The notes below the pieces were generated by a model. That model was not told the origin of the DNA. It saw nothing but the letters and a program-made list of their open reading frames with translations, and did no database searches. Shown here piece by piece: positions 39,031-52,614 of a stretch of 58,315 nt of DNA (position 1 is its first letter; each line of letters begins with the position of its first letter). Made by a program: the position numbers and the translations under genes. Origin of the DNA: Xylographa opegraphella (Eukaryota); the NCBI GenBank assembly GCA_022813865.1, contig JALDZX010000010.1, positions 496,001-554,315 of the forward strand, read 5' to 3'.

Positions 39031-39991
39031 TCACTCCCTCATCCACCCCGCATCCTCCTCCCCACCCACCATCCTCACGCCCCCCTCCCTCCTCCTCCCC
39101 ATCTCCCTCTCCCTCTCCCTCTCCCCCTCCCTCCGCCGCTCAATCTCCCCGACCAAGTTCCGGAAATACACCTCCGCCGCCACCGTACTGCTATAACTAA
39201 CCGGCGTCCAGCTAAAGCCATTTCGCGCCACCGGACTCGCCCCCGCCTGTAGCAGCAGGCGGATACACTTCAGCTGCCCGTACGCAGACGCGTAATGCAG
39301 CGCCGTGTTGCCGTCGATGTCCGCTTCCGCGAGGAAGGCAACCGCGGACGGCGCCAGCGCCAGGAGCGTGGGGATCAGGCCCGCGCTCCCGGAGCGGGAC
39401 GCGAGCATAAGCTGTTCCAGAGGTGTCAGTTGTGGCCGGTTTGGGGAACCACTTTTTGAGCGATATGGACGCGGGGCGCTGGGAGGAAAAGGGGGGCACC
39501 CACCGCGTCCGCGCCCGTCTTGTTCTTCCACGCCACGCAGCGCGCGAAGCGCTCCGCGAGCAGCTCCGCTACTGCTTCGCTCGTCTCCGCTGCTAGCATC
39601 AGCGGGGTGTCGCCATCGGCGTTGCGGGAGATGCCGCCGTCCTCGTGGCCGGCGTCGATGAGGAATTCCTACGCGCCGAAGGTGGGTGTTAGTGTTTTTT
39701 AGCTCTGGTATCGAGGGTTTTGTTGAGCAAGGGGGAGAGGTAGGTGGGGTGGGGGGGAAAGAAGAGACGGACGGCTATTTGCAGGAAACCGAGCTTTGCG
39801 ACCAGGTGGAGAGATGTGTTGGCCTTGTCGGCGAAGTCTGGGTTTTGCAGCGACGCGGGGTTGTTCTTGACAATGCGCTGGACGAGGACGAGGTCGTCGA
39901 GGTGGATGGCGCGCCGGAGGCGGATAGATACGTCTATCCTGCAGGTTGGGGGGTTGGCTTCGTGATATTTTCGAGCTTGGATAGCTTACAT
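39031..39991 (-). CDS. Ankyrin-repeat protein, Avo2-like (TORC2 subunit), 4 exons
   Basis: RLRRAIHLDDLVLVQRIVKNNP, NTSLHL, GHEDGGISRNADGDTPLMLAA, GNTALHYASAYG.LK, WTPVSYSST..AEVYFRNL. Confidence 0.8.
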
Positions 39992-40334
39992 GGTTTCTCA
40001 CATCGCTGAAGATTGAATGTTAACACGGACGCGAGAGCGGGTACGTAGAAGAGCCTCGGTCAAAGCGGCAATATATTTATGATGTCAGGGCAATAGTTAC
40101 GGAAGGAGATATGTGAACACGGTAACGATGTTGGTGTAGAGGTGAAGTATACTATTAGTAAGGCAACCCACGGAGGGCACAAGCTCCAGTACGAGCCACA
40201 TGCCAACTAACAGTGCCTCCAGAGTAGCAGAGACCATCTAAGAACACAGGTGTTGAACTCGCTCAACTCCTTCGGATTGCCCATGATGTTGTACAGGTGT
40301 AAGACCAGAAGCTCCGCTCGACAGTCCACCTGTT

Positions 40335-42404
40335 TTACATGCCTTCAAAATCACCCCCTGCATCATCGTCATCCAGCTCGCCCTCGACAATCTCCTTAGC
40401 CAGTTCTCTCTCCCGTTCACGAGCCTCTTGAGCGTTCTTCAGCTCTAATCGATGTTGGTTCATGGGGAATCTCATAGCCTGGTGAAATTATCAGTCACAA
40501 TAGCACAAGAAATGACGCTGATGTTATTACCTTCACGCTTTCATCATGAAGATCAAGACACGCACGAATACGCTCATGAAACGCTTCTCCAGGCTCGCGA
40601 GTTGCATAAATGTCTCCCACGTCCTTGCTCTTCATATAGCCCTGCTCATGGTCTAGAGTAGCTTCAATAACGCCGTCTCTTATGGCTTTAGCCACGATGT
40701 ACTCTGCAGTTTCCTCGCTGGGCAGTCCAAGTCTCAAACATATGTCCCTGAGTGATATGCGGGCATACGACAACGACATCATGCGAATACCGGTCTTGAT
40801 GACATTCTGTCGCAAGCGCAAAATCAAAGTATATGTGCCGTCTTTTCGGAAAGTGTCGTTGTTCGCCTGCACGATCTTGAGGAAACTATCGAGGTCACCC
40901 ACACGTACCGCCTGGACAAGTTGTAGGTATGGACCCAGAGCCCGCTCTAAGCTTGGTTGACGGAAAGTTGCTCGGTCTGGAATATCGCCCATCAGCAATT
41001 CCACCACTATCAGGAGTTTCGTAGATGCTTGGTAAAACCCTCCAGCGCTATGACTGGACGGGGACTTTCGTGTCGCGCTGATAAGGTGTTCGTGAGCTTC
41101 AGTATACGAAAGCTGTATTGCACGGATTCTTCCCAAATAGTAAAGGTAACGAGCTATCTGATTGTTAGAAGCAGCTGGGGGGAATTGGGAATGAGATATT
41201 AGTAGATCGGCTTGAGTAATGTGAGATGTAGATAGGTAGTTCCGTAAAAGTAATGTGGTAATAGTAGCCTGAGTATCCTGGTCTTTCCGAAGCACAGATG
41301 TCCGTAGAGCGGCGAGTAAGTTCTGTCTAATAAGAATGACGGGAGCCATTGGTGATGGCGGTAGCGGCGAGAGTTGTTCGTAGAAGAGAGAGTAGTAAAA
41401 GTATACACGTGCAGAGAGAGCGTCAAGTGTCCTCCGATTTAAGGCACGTAGTCTTTCCACAAGATCTGTGGAAAATTTTGCGCCTCGATCAACAGCCTTT
41501 TGGTCATAAAGGTATATCTGTACCAATATTGAAAGATATGTGTCGACCTCGGGAAGCACATCTTTCGACTGACTCGTCGGTTTTGTGGAGCCTGACTTGT
41601 CTTTGATCTGGCTGTCGATTTCCATTTCCGAAGTGGCCTCATATTTCTCAAATGATGCACCCTCTTCACCTATTGCCATGAGGAGTGACTTGGCAATATG
41701 GCTTGACGACGAGTAAGAGCTTGTTATTACTTGGGCGAGGACATCTGACGAAAGGTGTTTCCGAATTGACGAGATAGACCGGAGGACGCGGAGGGTAAAC
41801 CGGGCATCAAACTGGGCAACCGCTCGATCAAGCAGCTCAAAATTTGCTTGAATGTCTAGATAGTATTTTATTAGCAAGGCTATTCGGAAGCTCGTCATTT
41901 TTTCAACGCGAACAGAAAGACACTTGACACACCTGAGACCGCTTTTGCCTTTGGATCAACCGGAGCTGCGACTTGACCTTCCGTAGCCGTGACTGGAATC
42001 TCATCCATAACCGTATCTCCTTCCAAATCCTTTGGAGGCTCGCCCGCCAATTTTGAGCTATTTGGTGGAGGTACGACCACAGTCATCTCGTCTTCTCCCT
42101 CTTTAATGCCATTGGACCGGGATTTATCGGCTCCATCATCCGCCATCTCAACATCTTCAGTACCATTCACTCCGTTCTCAACCGGCTCAGTTCCGTTTGC
42201 TTTTGACTTATCACCGCTCATATCCTTTGCTAAGTTGTTGGTAATGCCTTTCTTTGTAGGGAGTGCTTTGCCCTTGGATGACGTTGATCGTGCAGGCAAT
42301 GCCTTGTCTTTGTTGGATGTGGAGTTTTGCGAATCGGATCTCGGTTTCTCGCCGTTTGTCGTAGAATCCTTGTTGGACCTCAGACTCCTACGCTCAGCTG
42401 GCAT
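40335..42404 (-). CDS. RPN3: 26S proteasome lid subunit Rpn3 (PSMD3), 3 exons
   Basis: NRRTLD.L, LLLRNYL, NQ.ARYLYYLGRIRAIQL.Y, LRLRQNVIKTGIR, AEYIVAKAIRDGVI, FHERI..CL.LHDESVK|AMRFP. Confidence 0.97.
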
Positions 42405-42934
42405 CTTGATTGTGAATGAGAGCTTAGCTCGCGGAAAGGCCAACCGACGACAGAATCACTCAACCACAAAGCCGAACAGCTCGAAGTACTCGCAATCTGT
42501 AGCTTGAGTACAAGAGGTTTGCCAGATACGAAGTGAAAAGAAAAGAAGTCAAGGCGACTGGCTGTTGATATTGTTGACGTGTTGATTGATAAAAGGTTCA
42601 CCTGATGAGAGGTCGGAGAAAGGAGCGCTAGTGCCGAAAGACGACTGTCGTCGCCTTGCACAGTCATCGCGCTTGGCTTGGCGTTTGCAGTCCAGGCCAG
42701 TACGCCGATATTGACAATGCAGCATCCTGAGAATTACGTAGTTTGAGACTTTGTCCATTGAGATGGACGTGTAATGAGACATTTTGAGATCCATATTGCG
42801 ATGTCTTCTCCCTACAATGTTTCGAAGTCACGAGTGCTCTCCTATACGTGCCCAGACGAGGAATATTGAATGCTTAGTTTCATAGTTCTGAACCTGAACA
42901 GCACTGTAGATATTCTCAGGACGCGTCGTTCGCC

Positions 42935-43786
42935 ATGGACGTGCTCGAGAATCATCTCCAGCAAATTGCGCTTTCAGCAGAGGCTATCGCAGAGCTTCCG
43001 TTTGTCTCGAACCTATACCAGCGTCATTTCACAGCTGATTTTGTTCTAGTTTTCCCCCACCCAGGAAATTTACAAATGCCCTTGTCCATTCTCACGACAT
43101 TACGGTTCTAATAAGAGATACAGAGGCGCATGAGCGCGCTCTATTCACCGTTGCGCCTCCTGACTCAAGCTCAAGCGGAGTCAAGCCATCTGGTCTCGGT
43201 AACAGCACGATCTTCGGTGCTGGCGCGAATGGACCCAGATCTAGGAGCACTGTAGGAGCATACAGAGGCCCGAGGCCCATGACCGCGGCTGGCCGGATAT
43301 TAGGAGGTGATTTCATGAATCAGATTCGGAGTGGAGATACAAATACCGGCCGCGATAAGACAGAAGTGGACGTGGAACTCTTATTGACGGGAGCCGAGAG
43401 ACTTTGCGCTGTCTAGTATGATACACTCGATGTTTCGGGCACGACATGTTGCTGATTTGTGCAGTCCTGTGGAAGGGGCTGTGGACAAGATTGACTCCCT
43501 TCGTACAAGATACAAGCAGCTTACGTCTTCAATTGAGCAGTACGAAGCACGAATCGCAAAGCAAGCTTCCCAACTCGAAAGAATGAACAAATCAAAGAGT
43601 TACGATGACGATACTGGATATAACAACAAAGATCATGAACCGTCTCACGAACAACGACCTACTGAAATAACGGCGGAAGACATTCAACGCGAAGAGGCGG
43701 AAATGAAGGAGCTCGAGAAGAAGAAGCGCGGCTTGGAGGATAGAGTTAGTGGCTACGAGAAAGATATTGGAGGCCTACTACGATAG
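42935..43786 (+). CDS. SPC34: DASH/Dam1 kinetochore complex subunit Spc34, 3 exons
   Basis: LE.HLQQI.LSA.AIA.LP|FPPP..FTNAL...HDIT.LIRDTE.HERALF, DVELLL.GAE.LCAVY|P, C-terminal coiled coil ending EKDIGGLLR. Confidence 0.85.
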
Positions 43787-46594
43787 TCACATGAGCTGAG
43801 AAGTATTGCATATTTATTGATAAGAATCGTGTCCAGGAACGATAACCCCAACAGAAAGCTCATTCCTGGCAGTCAAATAATGGTATGTTAACGTCAACTC
43901 TATTATATATGACCTATGCTTACATGCAACCATAGTTATCACCAAAACATTTGTACCATTAACAGTACTGCGATCCTCGCTCCTGTGCAAAACTGCCGAT
44001 CGCCGAAACCTGATCCGATCTTTCAAGTCATATAGTCAAATATCACGACAACCAGGGTACATTCAAGTAGTTGTGTTCTTGACACTCGCAACCGTTCTGT
44101 TTCCAATGAAGATCATTGATTAATGGCTGTGGTTCGTGTATACATTCCAACGAGATCTTGGTTAATGCGGCTCTCAAGAGTACCTTACCTCCTTACCTTA
44201 TTGAGACTACCTTATGCTATGCAAATCATAGCCGCTTTAAATTGGCATACTAAAAGCTGTCGAACTGAGAGCACTTGATAAATGCCTTGTCCACGAAGTT
44301 GTTTGTGGAACCCACTTGCACTGGCAATAACGTACCCGTCTCAGGATCTCCCAGCAGACGCATTTCCAACCAAAATACCAGATGCTTCGCGCCAGTCTCG
44401 AGCGAGTTGTTTGACCACTTGTTCGCAAGGACCTATTGTCATCAGCATCAGCGAATGGAACAGTATTATTTGCAGCGAATGCATGTCTGTGATTTCATTG
44501 TAGTCGTTTTTGTTAGGTATAGGCTGTGATAGTGCCAGAATTTTTTATGTTTGGCGGTACCAAAGCCTGTATCTGATGCGATTCTGAGTTTGTTGATGCA
44601 TGCGTCCAGCATTTTGTCCATCTAAACACGATAGCAATACGCAGGACTTCGTATAATTTAGTGGCTTTCAATGGTGTCACCCATCAGTTCCCCAATCTCA
44701 TTCCATATGTTCTTATTTTTTATTTACTAGTCTTGCGCCGATGTAGTCTCTTGTAAGGTCTATGTGGGAAATTCCTACTACACGTTCAAATAGGGTAACC
44801 CTCTGGGGCAATCTACTCCTTTTTACGCCTCCTATTCATATGTTCTTATTCTTAGTAGTGTTGCTATTTTCCGTCTCGTCGGTTGTCTTTTCAGTATATG
44901 AAATTCAGAAACCTGTTTGCTCAAAAGAACCACTTTTGAATATTTATGATGATTGAAATATTGAGCCAACTGTAACAGAAGTTTACGTACAATAACAAGT
45001 ACCGAAAACTTGTATTGCAGTATACGTCGGAAACATCCGGCAAGGCACATGAATATACAGGCTCACCGCAAGGCAACCAATAAAGCAAGGTGCTTACAGC
45101 AAAGCCTCTTTTAGTACCTAATAATTACAAATGACACACCTACCAGTACCTATGTCACTCTTGTGGCCTTCGATCTGTTGCGATCCGCCAGCTGAATCAG
45201 TGAACAAGTTTCTGATTCGGGCGGCTATATTCATGGAGTATCTTCACACCTATTGCCGGGATTAGCAATTCCGATCCGATAGTTGCCATCTTCATTAGTA
45301 CTGAAAGGCAAGGCAAAACCGATCTGCAGTCGCATGTTGGCATGGAAGCTCTTCGCTTTCACAAAAAGCTTGATGTTTTGAACAAACGCAAGGTCAAATC
45401 GGAACATACTGCTCACTTTTGAAGTTCGGGCGAATTGCCTCGGTATATGCAGGGAAGCAACAATCGATTAGCCATCAAGCTCTATACTCATTATGAAAGC
45501 TCTCTTAGTGGAAGATCATGATTTACGATGGCGGATAATTATGACCATCCGGAAGTGGTAGGCAATCTTACTGGCCTATACCTCAATGTTGGGAATGGAG
45601 TAGTTCTAGTGATCAGACGTTATATGAATACTACACAAATAGGTCCACCTCTGGCTCTGAGCAAGATGAGAAGTTGATAATGGATTTGAACTTTAACCTT
45701 CTCGGCCGGATTCCGCAACAGGACTCGGGAAGAAGAAACAGTGCATCAAGGTTACCTCCTTGCACGGCCACCTACCTCTTGCTTCGACCAGGCAGGTGCG
45801 TGTAATGCTGCACCAAAGTTGTCACTTCCACCTTCCTCAATCACACAAAAATGAGTAACATGATTTTTCAGACAGTATATAATATCGACAGACTGTTGTA
45901 GAGGCATAGGCAAGTGTCAATTCACCAAATCATCGAGCAAGTCTTCACCGACTCGCTTGCCGCCTGGCACACCAAGCCCTCCGAACTTAGATCCAACAGC
46001 TCTTGAAGCCGTTACTTATAGCTTCGATAAATTTCACCGATGTGACTCACCACCATTGTAGGAATCGCTCATCCGGCTCGCTATTCTGTCCTCGGTCGGA
46101 ACCAATGGCAATGGAACGGAATAACTTGTGACCACACTGGAGAGCTTCTGGCGTTAACTAGATGTCAATAGGATCGCGTCGACATCCTTGTTTTATTGGC
46201 TTATAAGGGATAAGGGCTGAATTCATATAAGTGGAAGTTTTAATTGGACTGGATATGTACTGTGCACGAGGAAACTAGAGCAACACGGTCGATGTCAAGG
46301 CTGCGAGGACGGCAAAATGAGGCTATATAGCCTGCCACTGTAACATTTCATGTCAATGGGAGAGAGTAGCAGATCACGTTTGAAGAGAACACTTAGAGAT
46401 GGGTTGTTAATTGTGGTAGATACCGCACGACATATCCTAGTCGTCCCATCTCATCAAGAACCAAACCGTGATAATTAGTCCAAGCGTCACGACCTAATAT
46501 CTGTTGTTGGACAGGACACCATGCCATCCGTTTCTAGAAGCAGCAGTTATGCCATGACTGTCCTCTCAATCACTCTGGTTGATGGTCTTGGTAT

Positions 46595-47650
46595 TCAAGA
46601 GCTCGAACGGACGCCGTCTTTTCCAGGTTCGGGAACATGATACTGACAGCCTGCTCCCAAGCGCGGATCGTCGTTCTTAGAGTTCCCTAATGATTCCTGT
46701 GTGAGCCTGACAAAGTCTCTCATAAAATGGATGTCCATAGCGGAGGTCCCGAAATACGTGTCCGTCTCTTCTTTCAAGACCATCAAGCGGTAATACACGC
46801 AGGAGACCACCCATGTTCGCAGAGGCGAGTTCAGCGTAGTGTTCTTGTATACGTGGACCACACGCTCCAACTTAGGCCATGTATTCTCCCTCAGATGATG
46901 CTTCCTGATGGTATCAAGCACAGTATTACACAAGTCTCCGCTTTGAAGGTCAGTCGCAAGATAGTAGAGTGGATATAGTATTTTCAGATCATGACCTGAT
47001 AGATTGTTGTTTCCATACATCCACGCGAACCATACTTTGAAGAGCTCCACACTGACCGTGTCAAAGCTTATGCTGATCCCCGCTCGCAGCCACGAGTTTT
47101 CGTGACCCCTCCGGAGTTTCCCTGATTTGAGGCAAGCGAGCTTCAAAGGCAGCAGAAACGCAATCTGCTCTCGGCCTACCAGGACAGTGAACACCGGTGA
47201 TTCGAAGTAGCTACCAGATGAATGTCAGCCTTCGTCATCTACGTTGTTAATGCTCCAAACAAATGCGTACTCTTCAGGTGCTGGAGTTATGGAGCATTGG
47301 CAAGTGATGCTTGCTGGCACTTCATTCTCTGGTGCGTTCTCTTCTGTCAATGTGACGGGAATGTCGGGCATCAGATCCATCGTTCCTTGTCTCGCTAGTC
47401 CGGGGAATTCTTGTTCATGAGACGGCAGCTCGGGACAGGTTGGCGGAGGAGTAACAAATAACGGCGGTGACGATCTCGAAGCATTTCTAAACTTCGCGAA
47501 CGGGGATTCGTCTGATGTTGACGGAGTCTTTCGTTTCTGTGAGGGCTCCTTTTGTGTTTTCCAAAGGCTAGCAGAACTTTCCGCCGTGGGCCTAAGCTTC
47601 TTTTTCTTCAAGTGGATCCTGTGCTCTTCACAAAGAATAGGGAAATCCAT
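46595..47650 (-). CDS. BTB/POZ-domain protein (fungal accessory type), 2 exons
   Basis: YFESPVFTVLVG...F.L...L.C.KS, F..WFAWMY, LYYLA..L...L.N.VLD, VY.NT...SPLR, C.YH. Intron about 47212-47268. Confidence 0.7.
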
Positions 47651-48113
47651 TTGAAGTGACTGATAGGATTTCGCTAACACCGCTAGTGCCAACGTCAACA
47701 AATAGATCGACGGCTTGTGTTTGGTTAGAAACGGCGCTGTAAACGGCAATATTAGCACGCAGTCAGAAATGGAGGTCCTAATCCAATACCATAAGACCCA
47801 TTGCTTCTAGGATCGTGCTGGAATGTTTCACGGAGTATTTTACACACGACTGGGTGTAGAGCGGGTGTTGTGTTGTAAGCGAAGTACTGCAAGCTCTGGG
47901 TACTTTGAGCATGCTCGCACGTCCCCCAACTCATAGCCTGACCTTCCAGTCATTCGCACCTCAATATATCCAACCAATACCAAGGCAAAGATTCACACCA
48001 TGGCAGACACCACGGATACAATATCTGTATCACACATTGCTCTTTCAATGACATTACCCACAGGACTTAGCAGTTCCCACAAGTCGCACCGCAAGAGTCA
48101 AAGCTTGATAACC

Positions 48114-49843
48114 ATGAAGCCAGGATCGGTTGCTGACCTTCCCTATCACAGGATTAAGAAGGTTACGTGCTTGGGCTCTGGGTTCGTCGGTGGTCCTACT
48201 TCAGCTGTCATGGCCTTGAAATCTGATGTTAAGGTCACGGTCGTGGATATTAGCCCTGAGCGAATTGCAGCTTGGAACTCGATGGTTTTGCCAATATACG
48301 AACCTGGCTTGGACTCGATAGTATACGCTGCTCGTGATGGGATCACACCTTCAGCTGGGCACAGACTTGAGCAAGAAAATGGTCTTCATAGTTTGGGACT
48401 GGAAATCATGCAGACGTTCCGGCAGCCAAGTCTCTTCTTCTCGACCGACATCGAGAAAGCAATCGATGAGGCGGATCTAATTCTTGTATGCGTCAATACT
48501 CCAACGAAATCCGATGGTGTCGGTAAGGGTGCCGGCGCAGATCTAAGCTTTGTAGAAGCCGCGACACGTACTATTGCTAGAGTTTCCACAAGAAGCAAGA
48601 TCATAGTCGAGAAGTCAACTGTACCCTGTAGAACAGCAAGGTCCATTAGAGAGATCGTGAGTGATATGTTCATGTTGGCATTGGTATTTATAGCTGATCA
48701 ATACCAAAGCTGTCAGCAAATGCACGACCTGGCGTACAGTTTGACGTGCTTTCAAATCCGGAATTTCTTGCGGAAGGAACAGCAGTCAAAGACCTCCTTT
48801 TCCCAGATCGAATAGTCATTGGGTCTATGCCGACATCATCTGGGCGTCAAGCTGCAACTTTGCTTGCAGCAGTTTACAGTCAGTGGGTCCCAGAGGATAG
48901 AATCATCACGATGAACCTATGGTCTGCAGAATTGTCGAAGCTGGCCGCCAACGCAATGCTTGCACAACGCATCAGTAGCGTCAACGCCTTGAGCGCCATA
49001 TGCGAAGCAACAGGGGCAAATGTCGAAGAAGTCAGCCATGCTTGCGGCCTCGACTCAAGGATCGGTCCAGGGATGCTTAAAGCAGGGCCTGGATTTGGTG
49101 GAAGGCAAGTTTGCTTAACTCATTGAACGTTGTCAAGTTAACATCAGGCCGCAGTTGTTTCCAGAAAGATATTTTCAACATAGTGTATCTCTCAGAAAGC
49201 CTCCATCTGTACGAGGTGGCAGATTACTGGAGATCAATCATAAACATGTAAATTTCGTCTCGAGATAGGGGATCCGGGAGGTTGGCTAATCTGCAACAAA
49301 AGGAATGATTACCAGAAAATACGCTTTACCAAACGTATCATATCATGCCTTTATCACAATCTCGCTGGTAAAAAACTTGCTGTACTAGGATTCGCTTTCA
49401 AGAAAAACACCAGCGACACCCGTGAGTCGCCAGCAATCACCTTTGTGAAGAACTTTGTCTCGGAAAAGGCTCATGTAGCCATCTATGATCCAAAGGTTGA
49501 AGAAGAACAGATCTGGAAAGAGTTGATAAGTGACATGGGTGATCGTAAAAATCTCCAGCGTTATGTCGAGGTCTGCAAGTCAGCATACAATGCCTGCGAT
49601 GGGGCCGATGCGGTTGTCGTTGTGACTGAGTGGGACGAGTTCAGCAACAAATTCAGCCCAGGGAAACTTGCACCAGACATCAGCGGAAGCAAGTTGGACT
49701 GGACTCGCATTGCCGCTCGCATGCGGAAGCCTAGCTTCGTGTTCGATGGACGCAATATGCTGGATGCCTCAAAACTTGAGGCTCTGGGTTTCCAGGTCGA
49801 AGCCATTGGGCGAGCTGGGCGAACACAGTCGGTCTGGGATTAG
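48114..49843 (+). CDS. UDP-glucose 6-dehydrogenase, 4 exons
   Basis: [90 protein letters not shown]. Confidence 0.95.
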
Positions 49844-50328
49844 AAGTTCATGAATCTTATGGAAACCTAATGGCGAACCATGTGGGAGCTGGCACTTGAC
49901 TGCAATTGGATGCTCCGACATACGTACCAGCATGTGGCATCTAGATCACATTCGCAATCTCGAGACTATTATTACTCGATAACTTGCGAAGTTTTTAGTC
50001 AATAGCAGATAGCAAAGATGAAGTACGAACAATTGCAGAGAATTGACATATTGATTAGGAGGTGCTCGTCCTAGAGATATTTAGAGCGAGGACGGCTCAA
50101 CTCCGGGCTGCGGAAGGAGGCTCTGGCCTGCGCACGGACCAGGTCTTATTCGTCCTCACATGCTAGAACTATGCACTGAACCTCCATATGCATAATATAC
50201 CCCACAGTCACCGTCTCCTGAATTGATGAACTAAAAAGCCGCCTCAATAAGTTCGTATCAGGACCATTGGATTCCCCTGTTGTCGTCGTTACGGTATTCG
50301 AGACCGGACGGATCTTGAAGCGGCCAGG

Positions 50329-52146
50329 ATGAATCCTCAGGGGACGCAGGGGGCTCTGCCTTCCTTGGAGAAACTCATTAAGCCGAACCAAGTACACAAT
50401 CTACCATGTCTGTCGGAGGACCTGAAACAGAAATACTATAACGGAATAAGTAGCCAATGGCGTACTATACAAGCACACCAAGACGACACAAACCACCACG
50501 ATTATGTCGTTGCCCATAGGACTCTCGCTGAAGTCTCGAGTAGATTGCAAAAGCAAATGCAAAAATATAAGCAGGACAACGGTCAAGTTGCAGGCGCTAA
50601 TGTACCACAGCCTACTAATCAGCTTCAGCAAAATCCACAAGCGGTACAGAATGCACAAGCTTACCGACCAACAACTCAAGTGGCGACTGGGGAGTCTTTC
50701 AGTGAGCAAGTCAAGGCTGCCGCTCGTGCACTGGATCTCACAATACCCCCGCAGCTATGGCAGGCGTCACAAGAAGATCGTCATACTTGGATGCAGAATG
50801 AGAGAAGGAGATACGCGTCATTTGCATCACAACTTGAGAAAGGAAAGAAGGCAGCTGCAGATCTGAATGCTATGATGAATGCTCGTCATAATCAAGGCAA
50901 GGCCTTCACAGATGAAGAGAAGATGACAATCAACGCTCGACAAAGGCAGTACCAGCAAGCGATGCAGGCCTCACAAAGTGCCTTGAGTAACTTCCTGAAT
51001 CTTCAACAGCAATATAAAGAACAAATGAGGCAGCGTACCGCACAAGGAGGAATCCAGACATTTGGCAGACCAGACGCGGCAATACATAACAATATATCAA
51101 ACCATGGGAATGCTGTATCACAGGTAAATCCTCAGCCACCAGCGCAACCCACGACCGTCAACAATACACCGGAGACAACACTAAATCAGCAGATTAAAGT
51201 AGAAACGTCATCAATTAGTCCTACTGCCGCACCTTCACAAGCTCAAATTGCTGTGAATCAACCTCAAAATTCTCAATCTCAAACTTCACATCAACCGGTA
51301 CCTCCTGCTGCTTACAGTGCTCAGACACCAATGAATATCGGAACTTCCGGCCTTCCGGCTTCACAACAGCAAAACCATCACTCACCACAGCCTACATCGG
51401 CTCAACTACCCACTTCCCAAGGACCTCATCCTCTTTCGCATAGAGCAGCTATGGCTGAAGCAGCACGTTCGTACTCCCAACCCAACATTAATCAATCTAC
51501 TCCGCAGGCAAATCCACATGCACACCCAAGCATACCCCGCGAGCCTGCAACCAACACGGCAAAGTGGCCTATGCCCAAAAGCCTCAATATCACCCCTCTG
51601 GCACCCGTCTCGATGGGTCCTTCAAGGCCAACTTTGTCCGGTGGCACAAGCACAGGTGCCATGGGTCCGATGGGTCAGCCAGGTATCCAGAAACATCCTG
51701 GGTATGTGCTTGAAGGAGAAGGCGAGAGGGTTCTCAGTAAGAAGAAGCTCGAAGAACTCGTGAGGCAGGTGACCGGTGGAGTCGATGGTGAAGGCTATGA
51801 AGCATTGGATCCGGATGTAGAAGAGGTGAGGATCCGTGCTTTATCGAATACTGAAGCTTCTCTTTAGGGTTGCTGACCATGTCTGTAGACCCTTCTCGAT
51901 GTGGCTGACGAATTTGTGGACAACGTAATCGCTGCAGCGTGCAAGCTTGCCAAATTGCGGCAATCCGCCACTCTTGAATTGCGTGACATCCAGCTCATCC
52001 TTGAACGCAACTACAATATCCGTGTTCCAGGGTATGCTTCTGATGAGCTGAGGACTGTGAAGAAGATACAACCTACGCAGGCTTGGTCGCAGAAAATAAG
52101 TGCCATCAACGCCGCTAAGCTTACTGGTGGGAAGGGTGACCTTTAG
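50329..52146 (+). CDS. TAF12: TFIID/SAGA subunit TAF12, 2 exons
   Basis: Q-rich N-terminus; histone-fold [14 protein letters not shown]...[19 protein letters not shown]...[29 protein letters not shown]. Intron 51826-51888. Confidence 0.95.
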
Positions 52147-52614
52147 AGGCTCCATATTCCCTCTCATCCGTTTTCGAAGTTCGCCAGGGTAAGGTCGACG
52201 TCTCTTTCATAACTCGATCCTGCCTGGTAGACTAAGTGGTTGCGTCTAAAAGGCAGTGGGTCTCCAAGGTGTTTAGGGCAATTCAGCGAAGCTTGCACAA
52301 CACAGTCAGTGTTTTGGCCTGCATTTAACGAATTATGGGCGTGAGAGGGTGAATTTAATCACATATGCATGATATGGCAGCATTTACGGGGCTCTACAGA
52401 AGGACAGTCATTTCCCTGGCTTCTCAATTACTCCGGAACCTCGTAATTAAGAGGAGTTACATATGAGAATCCTAGAATCCTAGAATCTAGAAGTCGATAC
52501 TTCAGTACGTGGGTTCACAAAGCATCGTGGAGTTGTTGATAAGCATGATCATTACAAAAAATACTAACACTACAGAACACCTTCTCCGCCACCTGCATGC
52601 TCAAACAATCCGAT

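Noticed and set aside
43800..46550. Possible degraded gene fragments (e.g. 44237-44520, 45231-45460)
   Set aside because: Could not assign to any family or build a consistent frame.
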